A stretch of 64,000 bases of DNA from an uncultured Candidatus Binatia bacterium (GTDB taxonomy: Bacteria > Desulfobacterota > Binatia > UBA9968 > JAJDTQ01): contig OZ243916.1 in assembly GCA_965213675.1 (NCBI GenBank), positions 2,464,001 through 2,528,000 of the forward strand, in the 5' to 3' direction. A program made the translations under genes and the position numbers. The notes under the pieces are model-generated. The model saw only the letters and a list, made by a program, of their open reading frames with translations. It did no database searches and had not been told where the DNA came from. Below are positions 46,844-56,566 of the stretch, piece after piece (position 1 is the stretch's first letter; every line of letters begins with the position of its first letter).

Positions 46844-47989
46844 TCGGCAGAGTTCCTCAACTCCTATAACCTCGACGCCCTCTGCCTTGGGATAGCGCTC
46901 ATTCCCGGAATAGACCACGAAGCAGCGGTCAGGCTTCAGGTCCTCACGGGCATGGTGGAAGCCCCTTTCAAGCCTGGGGGCCGAACCGCGTTTGACTTCG
47001 ACGGCCCATAGCCCGCGGTTCGGGAGTTCCAACAGCAGATCGATTTCGGCGCCGGCGGCGGTACGGTAGAAGCTTGCCAGTGTGCGTTCCGGGGCCGCCC
47101 GCAGGATGTTCTCAATGACAAACCCTTCCCAACTGCCGCCCGCCACGGGGTGACCGAGCACGGCCTCCCGATGGTCCAACCCAAGGAGAGTGTGGACCAA
47201 GCCGCTGTCACGCACGTAGACCTTCGGTGACCTGACGAGGCGCTTGCGCACGTTGGCGTGGTACGGCGGCAGACGGCGCACGAGGAGAAGGTCGACCATC
47301 AGATCCAGGTAACGGGCAATAGTCTTCCCGTCGACGGCAAGGGCGCGGGCCAGTTGCGCCGCATTCAGGAGTTGGCCTTGAGTGTGCGCCAGCATGGTCC
47401 AGAAGCGCCGCAGGGCCTCGGCAGGAATTCGAGGGCCGAGTTGCGGGATGTCCCGCTCCAGGTAGGTCTTGATGAAGCTGTCCCTCCAGAGTGCGCTGGC
47501 GGCATCGTCCCCTGCCAGAAAGCTGTCCGGGAACCCCCCGCGCAACCAGAGATCGTCCCTGTCGTCGCGCAGCACCTCCAACACGTCCATGGGTTCCAAC
47601 TCGACGTACGCAAGACGGCCGGCAAGGCTCTCGCTCGACTGCCTCAGAAGGTCCATTGACGCCGATCCGAGTATGAGAAAGCGGTTGGTTCGCCTGCCGC
47701 GGCGACGCCCCCGGTCTATCAGGCTCCGGAGTTCCTGGAACAACTCCGGCATCGCCTGCACTTCGTCCAGGATCACCAGCCTGTCTTCATATGCAGAGAG
47801 ATAATCCGACGGATCGGACAGTCTTTCGCGGCCCGACTGCGTCTCCAGGTCGAGGTAAACGCTTTCCCGTTCAGCGCCCACGGCTTCGGCCAATGTCGTC
47901 TTGCCGACTTGGCGAGGACCCAGCAATGCTACGGCCGGGAACTGGTCCAGCCGTCTCAAGACGGTTTGGAGTACTCGTCGCTCAATCAT
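46829..47989 (-). CDS. AAA+ ATPase with C-terminal DUF4143 / PD-(D/E)xK-like domain
   Basis: GPRQVGKT, ILDEVQ, ESLAGR, RGGFP, PKVYVRDSG and EIDL...VEVK motifs. Confidence 0.92.
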   Translation of the reverse strand: MIERRVLQTVLRRLDQFPAVALLGPRQVGKTTLAEAVGAERESVYLDLETQSGRERLSDPSDYLSAYEDRLVILDEVQAMPELFQELRSLIDRGRRRGRRTNRFLILGSASMDLLRQSSESLAGRLAYVELEPMDVLEVLRDDRDDLWLRGGFPDSFLAGDDAASALWRDSFIKTYLERDIPQLGPRIPAEALRRFWTMLAHTQGQLLNAAQLARALAVDGKTIARYLDLMVDLLLVRRLPPYHANVRKRLVRSPKVYVRDSGLVHTLLGLDHREAVLGHPVAGGSWEGFVIENILRAAPERTLASFYRTAAGAEIDLLLELPNRGLWAVEVKRGSAPRLERGFHHAREDLKPDRCFVVYSGNERYPKAEGVEVIGVEELCRSLCA

Positions 47990-48051
47990 CCTTGTAATCA
48001 TGGCATACGGATCCATGATTACAAGGTTAGCTTCTCTTTGAAACTTACTTG

Positions 48052-48192
48052 GTGTCGTGTCCCGGAAATTCCTGGGACAAGTTGCACAGGGATCTTTGAG
48101 GTCGGCGACGCGCGATGACGTGTAGGGCGACCGGCGGTCGCCCTGTGAAAGGAACCCCATGCCCGATCTGGACCCCGCAACCCTCACCATCG
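48052..48192 (+). repeat. Direct repeat, copy 2 (141 bp) carrying a truncated amidase start
   Basis: Near-identical to 45272-45413; homology ends after the MPDLDPATLTI codons. Confidence 0.95.
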
Positions 48193-48269
48193 TACTCGCC
48201 TCACGCCAGCGCAGGACAGGCGTCGGCACCGGGGACAATCCGCCAAGTCGGCCGCGGTCGAACTCTGCT

Positions 48270-50063
48270 TCATAACGACTTGTAGTAGCCGCGCATTTTC
48301 TTGGCCATCAGGAGCCTCCGCTCCCGCAGGAAACCGTCATACCCGCCAAGCCCGATTGCCTCCATGCCCTGCGGAATGCAGTGAGCCTCCAGATTCGCGC
48401 GCAACACGTCGGCATTTACGATGCCGCCATAACGCGCCTTGCCACTCTCGCATTGACGCCACAGTGCATTGAAATATGCCGACGGAGGATCGTCGCCGAT
48501 GGCGATGTTGATCTCTCCCTGCATCACGACATAGTTGGCGATCTGGTTGTATCGGCTGCGCCTGATGCCCTTCTCCTTCAGATAGTTCCGAGGAAAGACG
48601 TGATGCACATGGGAGGCGCCTTCGAGAAGAGTCTGCACCGTGTGATCTCTCGACAGAAACCCCTTGTCGTTCGCCTTGACCTGGCTTGCAAGAAAGACAT
48701 TGAAGTAGGGGCTGCTGGCCACCGACGTGTCCATCTGCTGGGGAAGACCAGCGTCCCAGAACGCATCCGAAAGGTCTGCCCGCTCCATCGCGTCCAGGTA
48801 GGCTTGCGCGTTGTGTTCAGTGATGTTGCGGATGTCGACGCCGAACGTGGTCTCGGGTGAGCCGGTGTATCGGCCGGTGAGGATGGACATCACGAACCAG
48901 CGTCGGACCAGTGTCTCAATGAGCGCCGGACTGGTGTGTTGCGCGCGCAGCGTCAGGTAGAGGATGTAGGCGAAGTTGACGGTATTCTGTGAACGGATCA
49001 TCGACGAGTTCACGAAACCCGCCGAGCGCAGGATCATGACAAAGCGCTTGAAGTCCGTCTCCTTCATGAAGCGCAAAATCGCTCCTTCGAGCCTGCGAAA
49101 CGATTCTTCGGCCCTTGCCTCCTCGAACTCACGGGTCTCGAAATTACGGCCAGAGAGCAAGGCAACAAGGTCGTCGAGGCGCCCGCGCCCGAACTCCGAC
49201 GTAAATGCCACGCGAAGCATGTCCGTGTAGGACGGGTCGTATAGATCCTCCTTCTCATGCTTCAACCACTCCATCGCCCGGAAATAGCCCGTCCGGGCGA
49301 ATTCGTCATCTTGCGCCAAGTCCTCGTAGGCTTCGGGCGCCACAGCGAGGTGGCAGAAGTAGTCGATGCACTTGCGAAGTTGGTGCCCGTTGTACCGCTC
49401 ATTGGCTGCCATCTTCGACATGGCGAAGTCCGCTGCGTTCAACGCCACCCCTTGCGAGTTGATGCGGACGAATATCTCGGAGACAGTCTCGACATCCAGA
49501 TCGGCATTGAGTTCAATGAGACCGATTGAATTGTTGAGGATACCCCGAAGCCGTTCGATCCGTTCGTAGACCTCGTCCCTGTTCGACTCCATGTTGCCTT
49601 CGCAGTAGGTGTCGACGAGCCTGAGCAGTTTCGCTCCAGGCGCAAACAGCGTGGCGATGTCGGCAAGCCATTCCGGGTCGCGTCGGATGGCAGGATTGGT
49701 CACCTCGAACCGTTCTTCGCCAGGATGGAACGCAATCGCGATGCGTACCTTCTTGTAGTTCTTGTCGACGATCTGTCGCCCGAGCATGGCCGCCAGAAGC
49801 GCGGTGACGCGCTGCTGGCCGTCGATCAGGATGCGCTTGCCAGCCGATTCGCTTCCGTCTTTCAGCCGAACCGACGGATTGCGCCACGCGATCAGAAAAC
49901 CGACCGGATAACCGAAATAGAGCGAGTCGATGAAGTCGCGCACCTTCGCCGCGTTCCAAACGAACGGACGCTGGATCTCGGGAATGGCAATCTCGTCGGA
50001 TTCAATCCAGGTAAGCAACGTCTGGATGGGATGTTGATTGACCGAATAGCGCTGGATCGTCAC
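48270..50063 (-). CDS. DUF262 (GmrSD-like) protein with C-terminal HNH-like region
   Basis: [23 protein letters not shown] and HHVFP...NQIANY motifs. Confidence 0.92.
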   Translation of the reverse strand: MTIQRYSVNQHPIQTLLTWIESDEIAIPEIQRPFVWNAAKVRDFIDSLYFGYPVGFLIAWRNPSVRLKDGSESAGKRILIDGQQRVTALLAAMLGRQIVDKNYKKVRIAIAFHPGEERFEVTNPAIRRDPEWLADIATLFAPGAKLLRLVDTYCEGNMESNRDEVYERIERLRGILNNSIGLIELNADLDVETVSEIFVRINSQGVALNAADFAMSKMAANERYNGHQLRKCIDYFCHLAVAPEAYEDLAQDDEFARTGYFRAMEWLKHEKEDLYDPSYTDMLRVAFTSEFGRGRLDDLVALLSGRNFETREFEEARAEESFRRLEGAILRFMKETDFKRFVMILRSAGFVNSSMIRSQNTVNFAYILYLTLRAQHTSPALIETLVRRWFVMSILTGRYTGSPETTFGVDIRNITEHNAQAYLDAMERADLSDAFWDAGLPQQMDTSVASSPYFNVFLASQVKANDKGFLSRDHTVQTLLEGASHVHHVFPRNYLKEKGIRRSRYNQIANYVVMQGEINIAIGDDPPSAYFNALWRQCESGKARYGGIVNADVLRANLEAHCIPQGMEAIGLGGYDGFLRERRLLMAKKMRGYYKSL

Positions 50064-50359
50064 GGACTTCCCCTGACAGTCGATGATTCAAGGGGTCATG
50101 AACCCCACCGATGAGAGTCGCCATCCCGGCTCCGCCCCCGATGCCCAGGCGGCCACGCAACTTAAGGCGCATCGCGTCGCCAAATCAACACCCGACATCC
50201 AGCACCCCAATCACGCCGCACTTCCGTGCAGCGGGTAGGTGACGACCGTGAAGCCTCAAGCCCTTAGCACATCGCCATGCCTCGGGTGCCCGACAAGAGG
50301 CCGGGCCCGGGCGGGTCACGCCGGTGAGGCGGTCCTGGTGCAATGGAGAAGGACGGTTG

Positions 50360-50824
50360 CTACACATCCATGTCCACCCTTCTGAAATCGAACCATATCT
50401 TGTCCAGGTGTGCGAAGTCCTTGTCCGTCGAAAGGAGCACAGCTTGGCTTTCGTGAGCTGTTGCGGCTACCCAGAGATCGTTCTTGGACATCGATACAGC
50501 CGGTCTCGGCGGCGGGTAGTCTCGAGGCGAAGCCACAACCTTGCCATGCGTCCAGGCGTCTATCCGAGCGTATGCAGCCAAAATACCAGAGCTTCCGATG
50601 CCGACGGTCGGGATTTCGGCAAGTACCTCTTCAAGACGATCCCGTCTCCTGCTGCCCCACCCTCTCTTTTCCGCAAGCGCGAGTCATTCTCCATGGCAGA
50701 CGATGGACGTGAAGATGATCGTTTCCTGATTTGCCAGATCGAATTCCGTCCGCGCCTGGATAGCCCACGGCGCTTCGCGGATAAAACCGAGTAACATGTT
50801 GGTATCGAGGAGGAAACGCTTCAT
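50360..50824 (-). pseudogene. PIN/VapC toxin with an in-frame TGA
   Basis: MKRFLLDTNMLLGFIR...TSIVCHGE*LALAEKRGWG...KNDLWVAATA...LLSTDKDF; stop at 50684-50686. The ORF track shows only the 3' 73 aa. Confidence 0.85.
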
Positions 50825-50843
50825 CGCGCCATAGGCAGACGGC

Positions 50844-51782
50844 TTAGTCGAGGTCGGCCATCAAGTCCTCTATGGACTCGTCACCGGGCCACGCACCGGC
50901 CAAGTCTATCGGATCGAAAGCCGACGTTCGTCCGCGCCGGTCCTCATAACGCACAGGAAGCTCCGGAATTGCCAGTAGCGACATCTCCTCGAAAAGGCTG
51001 TCTCCTTCCAACTGCACACTAATCCGGCGCGCCTGGATCAACCGCGGTTGGCCATTCGCCTTGAAATCAACCATCCCTTCCACCGTCGTCTGCTTTCCCC
51101 ATAGGGGACGCAACGATTCAGTATCAAGTTGGGTAGCGTCCAGGCATCCAAGAAGGCGCGTATTCTGATTCGTGACGAGACAGAATCGCCCGCTCCCGTG
51201 TCGTATTTCATCCAGTCTGCCGCTTGCAATGAAGGCCCTTGGCTTCGGAATCCTCTTCAACTGCTCCTCGGCCCGGCTAAGTACATGGTGGTCCAGGACA
51301 AAGTGTCCCCCTGTGCGATCCTTCGGGTTCAACTCATAGGAGACGCTTGCGCCTGCTGCTCTCTCAAACATGAGAATCGCTTGGAGAACCGCCGTGTCGA
51401 AACGGTCTCCAGAGGCACCGTTGGCACCAACTTCCTCGATTGCAAAGGCAGCGAGGTCAAGCGCAGTGTCTTGAAAGCTCGGCGTCTCACGCCAGAACTC
51501 CTGTTGGGCGAATGCCTCACGAGCTGTCGAGCCAAGGCAAGGCGCCTCCATCTCCAAGGTCGTCGAGCCTGCCTTCAAGCCAGTGACGGTGAAGTCAATG
51601 GTGGCGTCCAGCCATTTGGGCTTTGGTCCCTTTTCGCTACTCTTGCCAGTAGCGAGCAAACGTGTCGTGCGCTCTGCGGTTGCAAGGAGAGCTGCGAGGA
51701 CATGCTGGAGGGATCCCGCCCTGATCTGACCTTTGGTTTCGTCAAGGCCGCTGATGCGGAGCTGATAGCGTCGCTTATTCAT
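50844..51782 (-). CDS. Uncharacterised 312-aa protein upstream of the PIN gene (putative large antitoxin/sensor)
   Basis: GGAGGG RBS before ATG 51782; MNKRRYQLRISG...GLKAGS...SGRLDEI...LWGKQTTVEG...WPGDESIEDLMADLD; 19 bp from the PIN start. Confidence 0.8.
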   Translation of the reverse strand: MNKRRYQLRISGLDETKGQIRAGSLQHVLAALLATAERTTRLLATGKSSEKGPKPKWLDATIDFTVTGLKAGSTTLEMEAPCLGSTAREAFAQQEFWRETPSFQDTALDLAAFAIEEVGANGASGDRFDTAVLQAILMFERAAGASVSYELNPKDRTGGHFVLDHHVLSRAEEQLKRIPKPRAFIASGRLDEIRHGSGRFCLVTNQNTRLLGCLDATQLDTESLRPLWGKQTTVEGMVDFKANGQPRLIQARRISVQLEGDSLFEEMSLLAIPELPVRYEDRRGRTSAFDPIDLAGAWPGDESIEDLMADLD

Positions 51783-52104
51783 GACAAGATCCCTCCTTCG
51801 GCATCCCTCCTTCTTGGGCGGGATACACCTCGACAACCTGTCCAAGCCTCCGGGACCACCTTGCCTTGCCCTCGAACAGCACATCGATCTCGGTGGCGCC
51901 CATACAGTCAAAGTCTTCCGGAACGGAAATCTTCCCATCGAGAAAACCGATTCGGCGCATCGACCCCGATTCCGGACCTTCCAACGCGATCACCTTCACC
52001 AACGGCTTGCCCGCGCGTGCAATGATGAAGGGCTCGCCGTTGGCGGCCGCCTCGACGAGACGCGAAAGGTGGGTCTTCGCTTCGTGTATGTCGACGGTAC
52101 GCAT
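51775..52104 (-). CDS. Phd/YefM antitoxin with apparent C-terminal read-through
   Basis: IHEAKTHLSRLVEAAANGEPFIIARAGKPLVKV...RRIGFLDGKISVPEDFD...LFEG, then about 30 atypical residues. Confidence 0.88.
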   Translation of the reverse strand: MRTVDIHEAKTHLSRLVEAAANGEPFIIARAGKPLVKVIALEGPESGSMRRIGFLDGKISVPEDFDCMGATEIDVLFEGKARWSRRLGQVVEVYPAQEGGMPKEGSCHE

Positions 52105-52122
52105 GATGTCCTTCACGACTTG

Positions 52123-52134
52123 ATCTGATCAGAT
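52123..52134. promoter_or_regulatory. Palindromic operator upstream of the Phd antitoxin
   Basis: ATCTGATCAGAT is a perfect 12-bp palindrome, flanked by GACT...AGTC, about 20 bp upstream of the start. Confidence 0.55.
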
Positions 52135-52307
52135 TAGTCTGACGAACAATATCTCACAACTCCCATGCCTGACTCCCTCCTTCGGTCGCGAACACCCACC
52201 TCGCAGTTCCGGAGTGGCGTGCCTGTTTTGCCAGGTTAACGTCAATCGATCAGCACCGCGTCCACGCCCGTCAACCCCTGTTCCTCATCGTTGATGACCC
52301 ATCGCTC

Positions 52308-53588
52308 TCACAGGTCCCGATCCCGCAAATCCGGCCGCTTCACCACCAGCCCCGCGGTGATCCCGATGCACACGACCGCGGTCACCACCAACGTCCACGG
52401 TGCGCCGATCAGCGCGGCAACAGCGCCCGAGTGGGCCTCGCCCAGGGAGGGGGCGCCCACGCCCAGTATGCGCTGGAAGCTCGCGGCGCGTCCTCTCAGG
52501 TTGTCCGGGGTGCGGGCCTGGATCACGACCTGGCGCACCACGGCTTGCAGCGCATCGAAGACGCCCACCAGGAACAGGATCGCCACCGACCCGAGAAACC
52601 ACGTGGAGAACGCCAGCCCGAAAAGGCAGCCGGCGTAGGCGATGACGCTGAACGAGATGAACAGGCCCTTGTAGGAAATGTTCCCCAGCCAAATGACCGC
52701 GGCCACCCCGGGGAGCGCGCCCAGCGCCGGCGCGGCCAGGAGGATGCCCAGGCCTTCGGGGCCGAGGCCCATGGCCACGGCGAAGATCGGCAGCAGCGCC
52801 CGGTAGCTGCCGAAGAAGACTGCCGCGAACTCGGTCACCAGCAGGACCACGATCAGCGAGTTGCGCCGGATGAAGGCGACCCCTTCGAGCAGGCTCTTCA
52901 CCGGCGACTGCTCCCGGTCCAGCGGCCCGGACTCGTAGCGCATGCACACCATGATCGGGACGGACACGACATAGATCAGGCAGGCCACCGCGTAGGTCCA
53001 GCCGGAGCCCGCGACGCCGATCAGGACGCCGCCCGCCGCGGGGCCCACCAGTTGCGACAGTTTGCGGACGGACGCGATCTGCGCGAAGGCGTTGACCAGC
53101 AGCTCCCGCGGCACGAGGCCCGGGACCATGGCGGTCCGTGCCGGTCCCGCCGCGGTGGTCAAGGTCGCGTTAACGAACGCCGCCAGGTAGATGTGCCACA
53201 CCGCGATGAGGCCGGTGAGAGCCAGCGTCGCCAAGGACAGGGTGATCAGGGCATTCACGCCCTGGACCAGGATCACGAACCGCCGCCGGTCGATACGGTC
53301 GGCCACGACTCCTCCCGCGAGTTGGAATACCAGCGTAGCCAAACCGCGGACCAAGCCGGTGAAACCGGTCAACAGGGGGGACCCGGTGAGATCGTAGACC
53401 AACCAGAGCTCGATGGTGCGCTGGAGCTGATAGCTGACCGAGGTTCCGAAAAGAGCGATGTAGAGCAGCCGGAAGTCACGAACGTCCAGAGACGACAGGC
53501 CGCCGCCGCTCCGCCTTACAGACAACACCGCGACCCAACCCGCTTTCGGCGGCACCCTCCCCAACCGCCGGAAAGGTAGCGGCCGCAC
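52308..53588 (-). CDS. MFS transporter (EntS/DUF894-like); start uncertain
   Basis: RDFRLL..., WLVYDLTGSP, GVVADRIDRRR and TPDNLRGR motifs; about 12 hydrophobic segments. Confidence 0.9.
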   Translation of the reverse strand: MRPLPFRRLGRVPPKAGWVAVLSVRRSGGGLSSLDVRDFRLLYIALFGTSVSYQLQRTIELWLVYDLTGSPLLTGFTGLVRGLATLVFQLAGGVVADRIDRRRFVILVQGVNALITLSLATLALTGLIAVWHIYLAAFVNATLTTAAGPARTAMVPGLVPRELLVNAFAQIASVRKLSQLVGPAAGGVLIGVAGSGWTYAVACLIYVVSVPIMVCMRYESGPLDREQSPVKSLLEGVAFIRRNSLIVVLLVTEFAAVFFGSYRALLPIFAVAMGLGPEGLGILLAAPALGALPGVAAVIWLGNISYKGLFISFSVIAYAGCLFGLAFSTWFLGSVAILFLVGVFDALQAVVRQVVIQARTPDNLRGRAASFQRILGVGAPSLGEAHSGAVAALIGAPWTLVVTAVVCIGITAGLVVKRPDLRDRDL

Positions 53589-53708
53589 CGATATGTGTCG
53601 ATTGTGTTCACACGTGTGTCCACGGATACGTTATCCGACCCACTTGTAGCCAGTGCGCAAGGGAAGTCCAGTTTGGTCGGTGTATTTGACGCCAACAAGA
53701 TTGTAGCA

Positions 53709-53728
53709 TGACAGCATATATGCTATCA
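53709..53728. promoter_or_regulatory. Operator palindrome of the PIN toxin-antitoxin operon
   Basis: TGACAGCATATATGCTATCA is a 20-bp palindrome with one mismatched pair, 7 bp before the ATG. Confidence 0.65.
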
Positions 53729-53735
53729 AAGAAAA

Positions 53736-54155
53736 ATGCAGGTCGTCGTGGATACCAACGTCCTGGTATCCGCCGTGCTGAGTCCAAACGGTGCCAGCCG
53801 GCAGGTGCTCCGGCGTTGCTTGCTCGGCGAATACCAACCGTTGATGGGCCAAGCACTGTTTCTGGAACACGAAGCGGTGTTGTCTCGACCGGAAATCGTC
53901 GGTCAGTCGCGTATCACCGAGGAGGACCGGGAGGCCCTGTGGGCGGCTTTTGCGAGCCGCTGTCGTTGGGTGCGAGTGTACTACCTATGGAGACCGAATC
54001 TTCCGGACGAATCGGACAATCATTTGATTGAGCTTGCGGTAGCCGGAGGGGCCGAGGTCATCGTTACCCACAATCAGCGCGATTTCGGTCGCACGGAATT
54101 GCGTTTCCCGGGGTTACGCGTGCTAACACCCGGTGAGTTGATCATGGAGGAATGA
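53736..54155 (+). CDS. PIN-family putative toxin (PIN_3)
   Basis: VVVDTNVLVSA, PDESDNHLIELAVAG and VTHNQRDF motifs. Confidence 0.92.
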   Translation: MQVVVDTNVLVSAVLSPNGASRQVLRRCLLGEYQPLMGQALFLEHEAVLSRPEIVGQSRITEEDREALWAAFASRCRWVRVYYLWRPNLPDESDNHLIELAVAGGAEVIVTHNQRDFGRTELRFPGLRVLTPGELIMEE

Positions 54156-54158
54156 AAG

Positions 54159-54395
54159 ATGTCGACGGTGACCATCCGTTTGCCTGATGATACGCACGGC
54201 CGACTGAAGGAGATCGCCAAGAGTCGGCGGATGAGCGTGAACAAGCTGGTGGAGGAGCTCTCCACGATCGTCATCACACAGCACGATGCGGAGACCCGGT
54301 TTCGGGCGATAGCGGCCCGTGGTTCCATAGATGCTGGGCTGCGCATCCTCGACAAGCTCGACGACTCGTTCGGCGGAACAACCGGCGGCTCGTAG
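54159..54395 (+). CDS. RHH/HicB-like antitoxin
   Basis: MSTVTIRLPDDTHGRLKEIAKSRRMSVNKLVEE ribbon-helix-helix pattern; GGAGG RBS. Confidence 0.9.
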   Translation: MSTVTIRLPDDTHGRLKEIAKSRRMSVNKLVEELSTIVITQHDAETRFRAIAARGSIDAGLRILDKLDDSFGGTTGGS

Positions 54396-54491
54396 CACAG
54401 ATCCCGAGAATGAGAGTGTGGCGGCTCGATCTCGGCGGAACCATGCGGACGAGTTCCTTGGGTAACGATACCTTGCCTTTCAGGAACCAAT

Positions 54492-55502
54492 TCAGCGGAA
54501 CCCTTCCGTCGTGGCGTGGGGGCCGTACAGGTCGGTCTCCATGAGTTCCGCGGCGGCCGCCCCGGCGTCGGTGAGGCGCAGGGTGCAGCGCGACTCCAGC
54601 ATCCACGCGTAGTAGCCCTCGGGCACGTCCTCGGAGGGGCCGTGGTGGATCACGCCCTTGGGCACGCAGGTCAGCATGCCGGGCTCGTTCACGCCGCCCC
54701 AGGCACCGGGACCCTCGAAGTAATAGATCAGTTCGTCGTAGTCCACGTTGTTGTGGATGGGCGGGCGACGGCGGTGGCGGGCGCTCAGGTTGTAGAACAA
54801 CTCGTCCCGGCCGGGCGACGCAATGAACTGGACCGGAGGACCGTTCTCATCGGTGGGGACGTCCCTGAGATTCAGCTTCCACACCGGGCTGGGACCGTCC
54901 ACAAGGGCCTGGGTGGCCAGCGGGTTCGTCGGCTTGACGTACCGGGTGACGCCGTCGAAGCACTTGAGCAGCAGCACGGTCTCCACGTTCTGGGCTTCGT
55001 CTTCGCCGATCACCGCGCACCGGAGCCCGGAGCCGAAGGTCGGCGACGGATCGAAGCGGAGCGCTCCCGGGGTCTCGACGATGACCGAAAGGCTCGAATC
55101 CGTTTCGGGCCGGACACGGTACGGGATCCCGCGCGGAATGACCACGAAGTCGCCGGGTTCTCCGGTGAGCGTGCCGTAGGCCGTGCGGAACTCCAGCTCT
55201 CCCTCCTGCACGAAGTGCACCTCGTCGGCCTCGACGTTGGACACCACGAAGGGCATGGAATGGGCGCGTCCGGACACGCTGAGCTGGACACCCGTGCGGC
55301 CCGCGTGGAATGCGACGGGCAGCGCCTCCGCATCGTCGCGCTCTGGCAACGCCACGGCGCCGACGTTCAGCCGGTGCGGCACATGCGGGCCCGTGACCGA
55401 GATGAAGTCCGGACTGTGGTGCGTGCGGGTGACGTTCACCCCGGTCCCGGCGAAACCCTCCCTCCCCCAGTGCTCCCGGTACTCCGTGCTTTCCTTCGCC
55501 AT
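54492..55502 (-). CDS. Homogentisate 1,2-dioxygenase-like cupin
   Basis: GREGFAG, NVEADEVHFVQEG, GDFVVIPRG and H-N-N-x-D-Y-D-E...HHGP iron ligands. Confidence 0.85.
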   Translation of the reverse strand: MAKESTEYREHWGREGFAGTGVNVTRTHHSPDFISVTGPHVPHRLNVGAVALPERDDAEALPVAFHAGRTGVQLSVSGRAHSMPFVVSNVEADEVHFVQEGELEFRTAYGTLTGEPGDFVVIPRGIPYRVRPETDSSLSVIVETPGALRFDPSPTFGSGLRCAVIGEDEAQNVETVLLLKCFDGVTRYVKPTNPLATQALVDGPSPVWKLNLRDVPTDENGPPVQFIASPGRDELFYNLSARHRRRPPIHNNVDYDELIYYFEGPGAWGGVNEPGMLTCVPKGVIHHGPSEDVPEGYYAWMLESRCTLRLTDAGAAAAELMETDLYGPHATTEGFR

Positions 55503-55696
55503 CGCCGTTCCTCCGGAGTGGATGTCAAGTTAGGGTGCGCCTCGGCAGCGCCGGCACCCGCCACGACAATAACACCGCGACCGGACAACTGGAACCATCC
55601 CTGCCCTTCTTGCCATCTGCCCTGCGACTGGGCTAAGAGAGCCCACAGACACACGGGCGAAGGACATATCAAGACTACAGCCGGGAGCAGGAATCC

Positions 55697-56566
55697 ATGG
55701 ACTACTTCGAACCCAAGACCGTCGACGAGGCGCTCGCGCTGCTGGACCAGCACGGTGATCAAGCCGAGGTCATCGCCGGCGGCACCGACGTGATGGTGGA
55801 CATCAAGTACAGCGACGAGCCGGGTTGCCTCGTGAACATCAAGCGCATCCCGGACCTGAACGCTATCCGCGAGAGCAATGGCGGCGTCCACATCGGCCCG
55901 CTGGCCACCATCCACGAGCTCGAGGCGAGCGACCTCGTGCGCGAGCGGCTGCCGCTGCTGTGGCAGGCGGCGCACCAGTTCGCCTCGCTGCAGATCCGGA
56001 ACACCGCCACCATCGGCGGCAACATCTGCCGGGCCTCTCCTTCGGGCGAGACCCTGGCGCCGCTGCTGGTGCTGGAGGCCGCGGCCGAGGTGACCTTCTC
56101 CGACGGCGCCCGCGGCGAGCCCTTTAACGCGTTCTTCCGCGGGCCGGGCAAGACCAGCCTCGGCTCCAAGGGCCTGCTCACGGGCATCTCGGTGCCCTTT
56201 CCCGCGGCCGGGAGCCACGCCGTGTACCTCAAGCACGCGGTGCGCGGCCCCATGGACATCGCCATGGTGGGAGTCGCCGTGATGGCGAGGACCAACGGAG
56301 ACAAGACCGCCCTGGAAGATGTCCGCATCGGCCTGGGGGCGGTGGCGCCCACGCCCGTCCGCGCGCCGAAGACCGAGGCGCTGGTTTCGGGCAAGGCGCT
56401 TGACGCGGCCCTCTTGAAGGAGGCCGGCGCAAGCTCGGCATCCGAGTCGAGCCCCATCACCGACCAGCGCAGCAGCGGCGAGTACCGCGGCTGGATCGTG
56501 GACGCGCTGACGCGCCGGGGGCTGGAACAGTGCTGGCAAGCGTTAACCGGTAAGGAGGTGGCGTGA
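55697..56566 (+). CDS. Xanthine dehydrogenase-family FAD subunit (CoxM-like)
   Basis: IAGGTD and QIRNTATIGGNIC motifs. Confidence 0.95.
   Translation: MDYFEPKTVDEALALLDQHGDQAEVIAGGTDVMVDIKYSDEPGCLVNIKRIPDLNAIRESNGGVHIGPLATIHELEASDLVRERLPLLWQAAHQFASLQIRNTATIGGNICRASPSGETLAPLLVLEAAAEVTFSDGARGEPFNAFFRGPGKTSLGSKGLLTGISVPFPAAGSHAVYLKHAVRGPMDIAMVGVAVMARTNGDKTALEDVRIGLGAVAPTPVRAPKTEALVSGKALDAALLKEAGASSASESSPITDQRSSGEYRGWIVDALTRRGLEQCWQALTGKEVA

Noticed and set aside
50684-50686. In-frame TGA in the PIN gene as selenocysteine or recoding
   Set aside because: It falls at a hydrophobic helix position (GE-x-LALA) rather than a Cys site, and other genes use TGA as a normal stop. A nonsense mutation is simpler.
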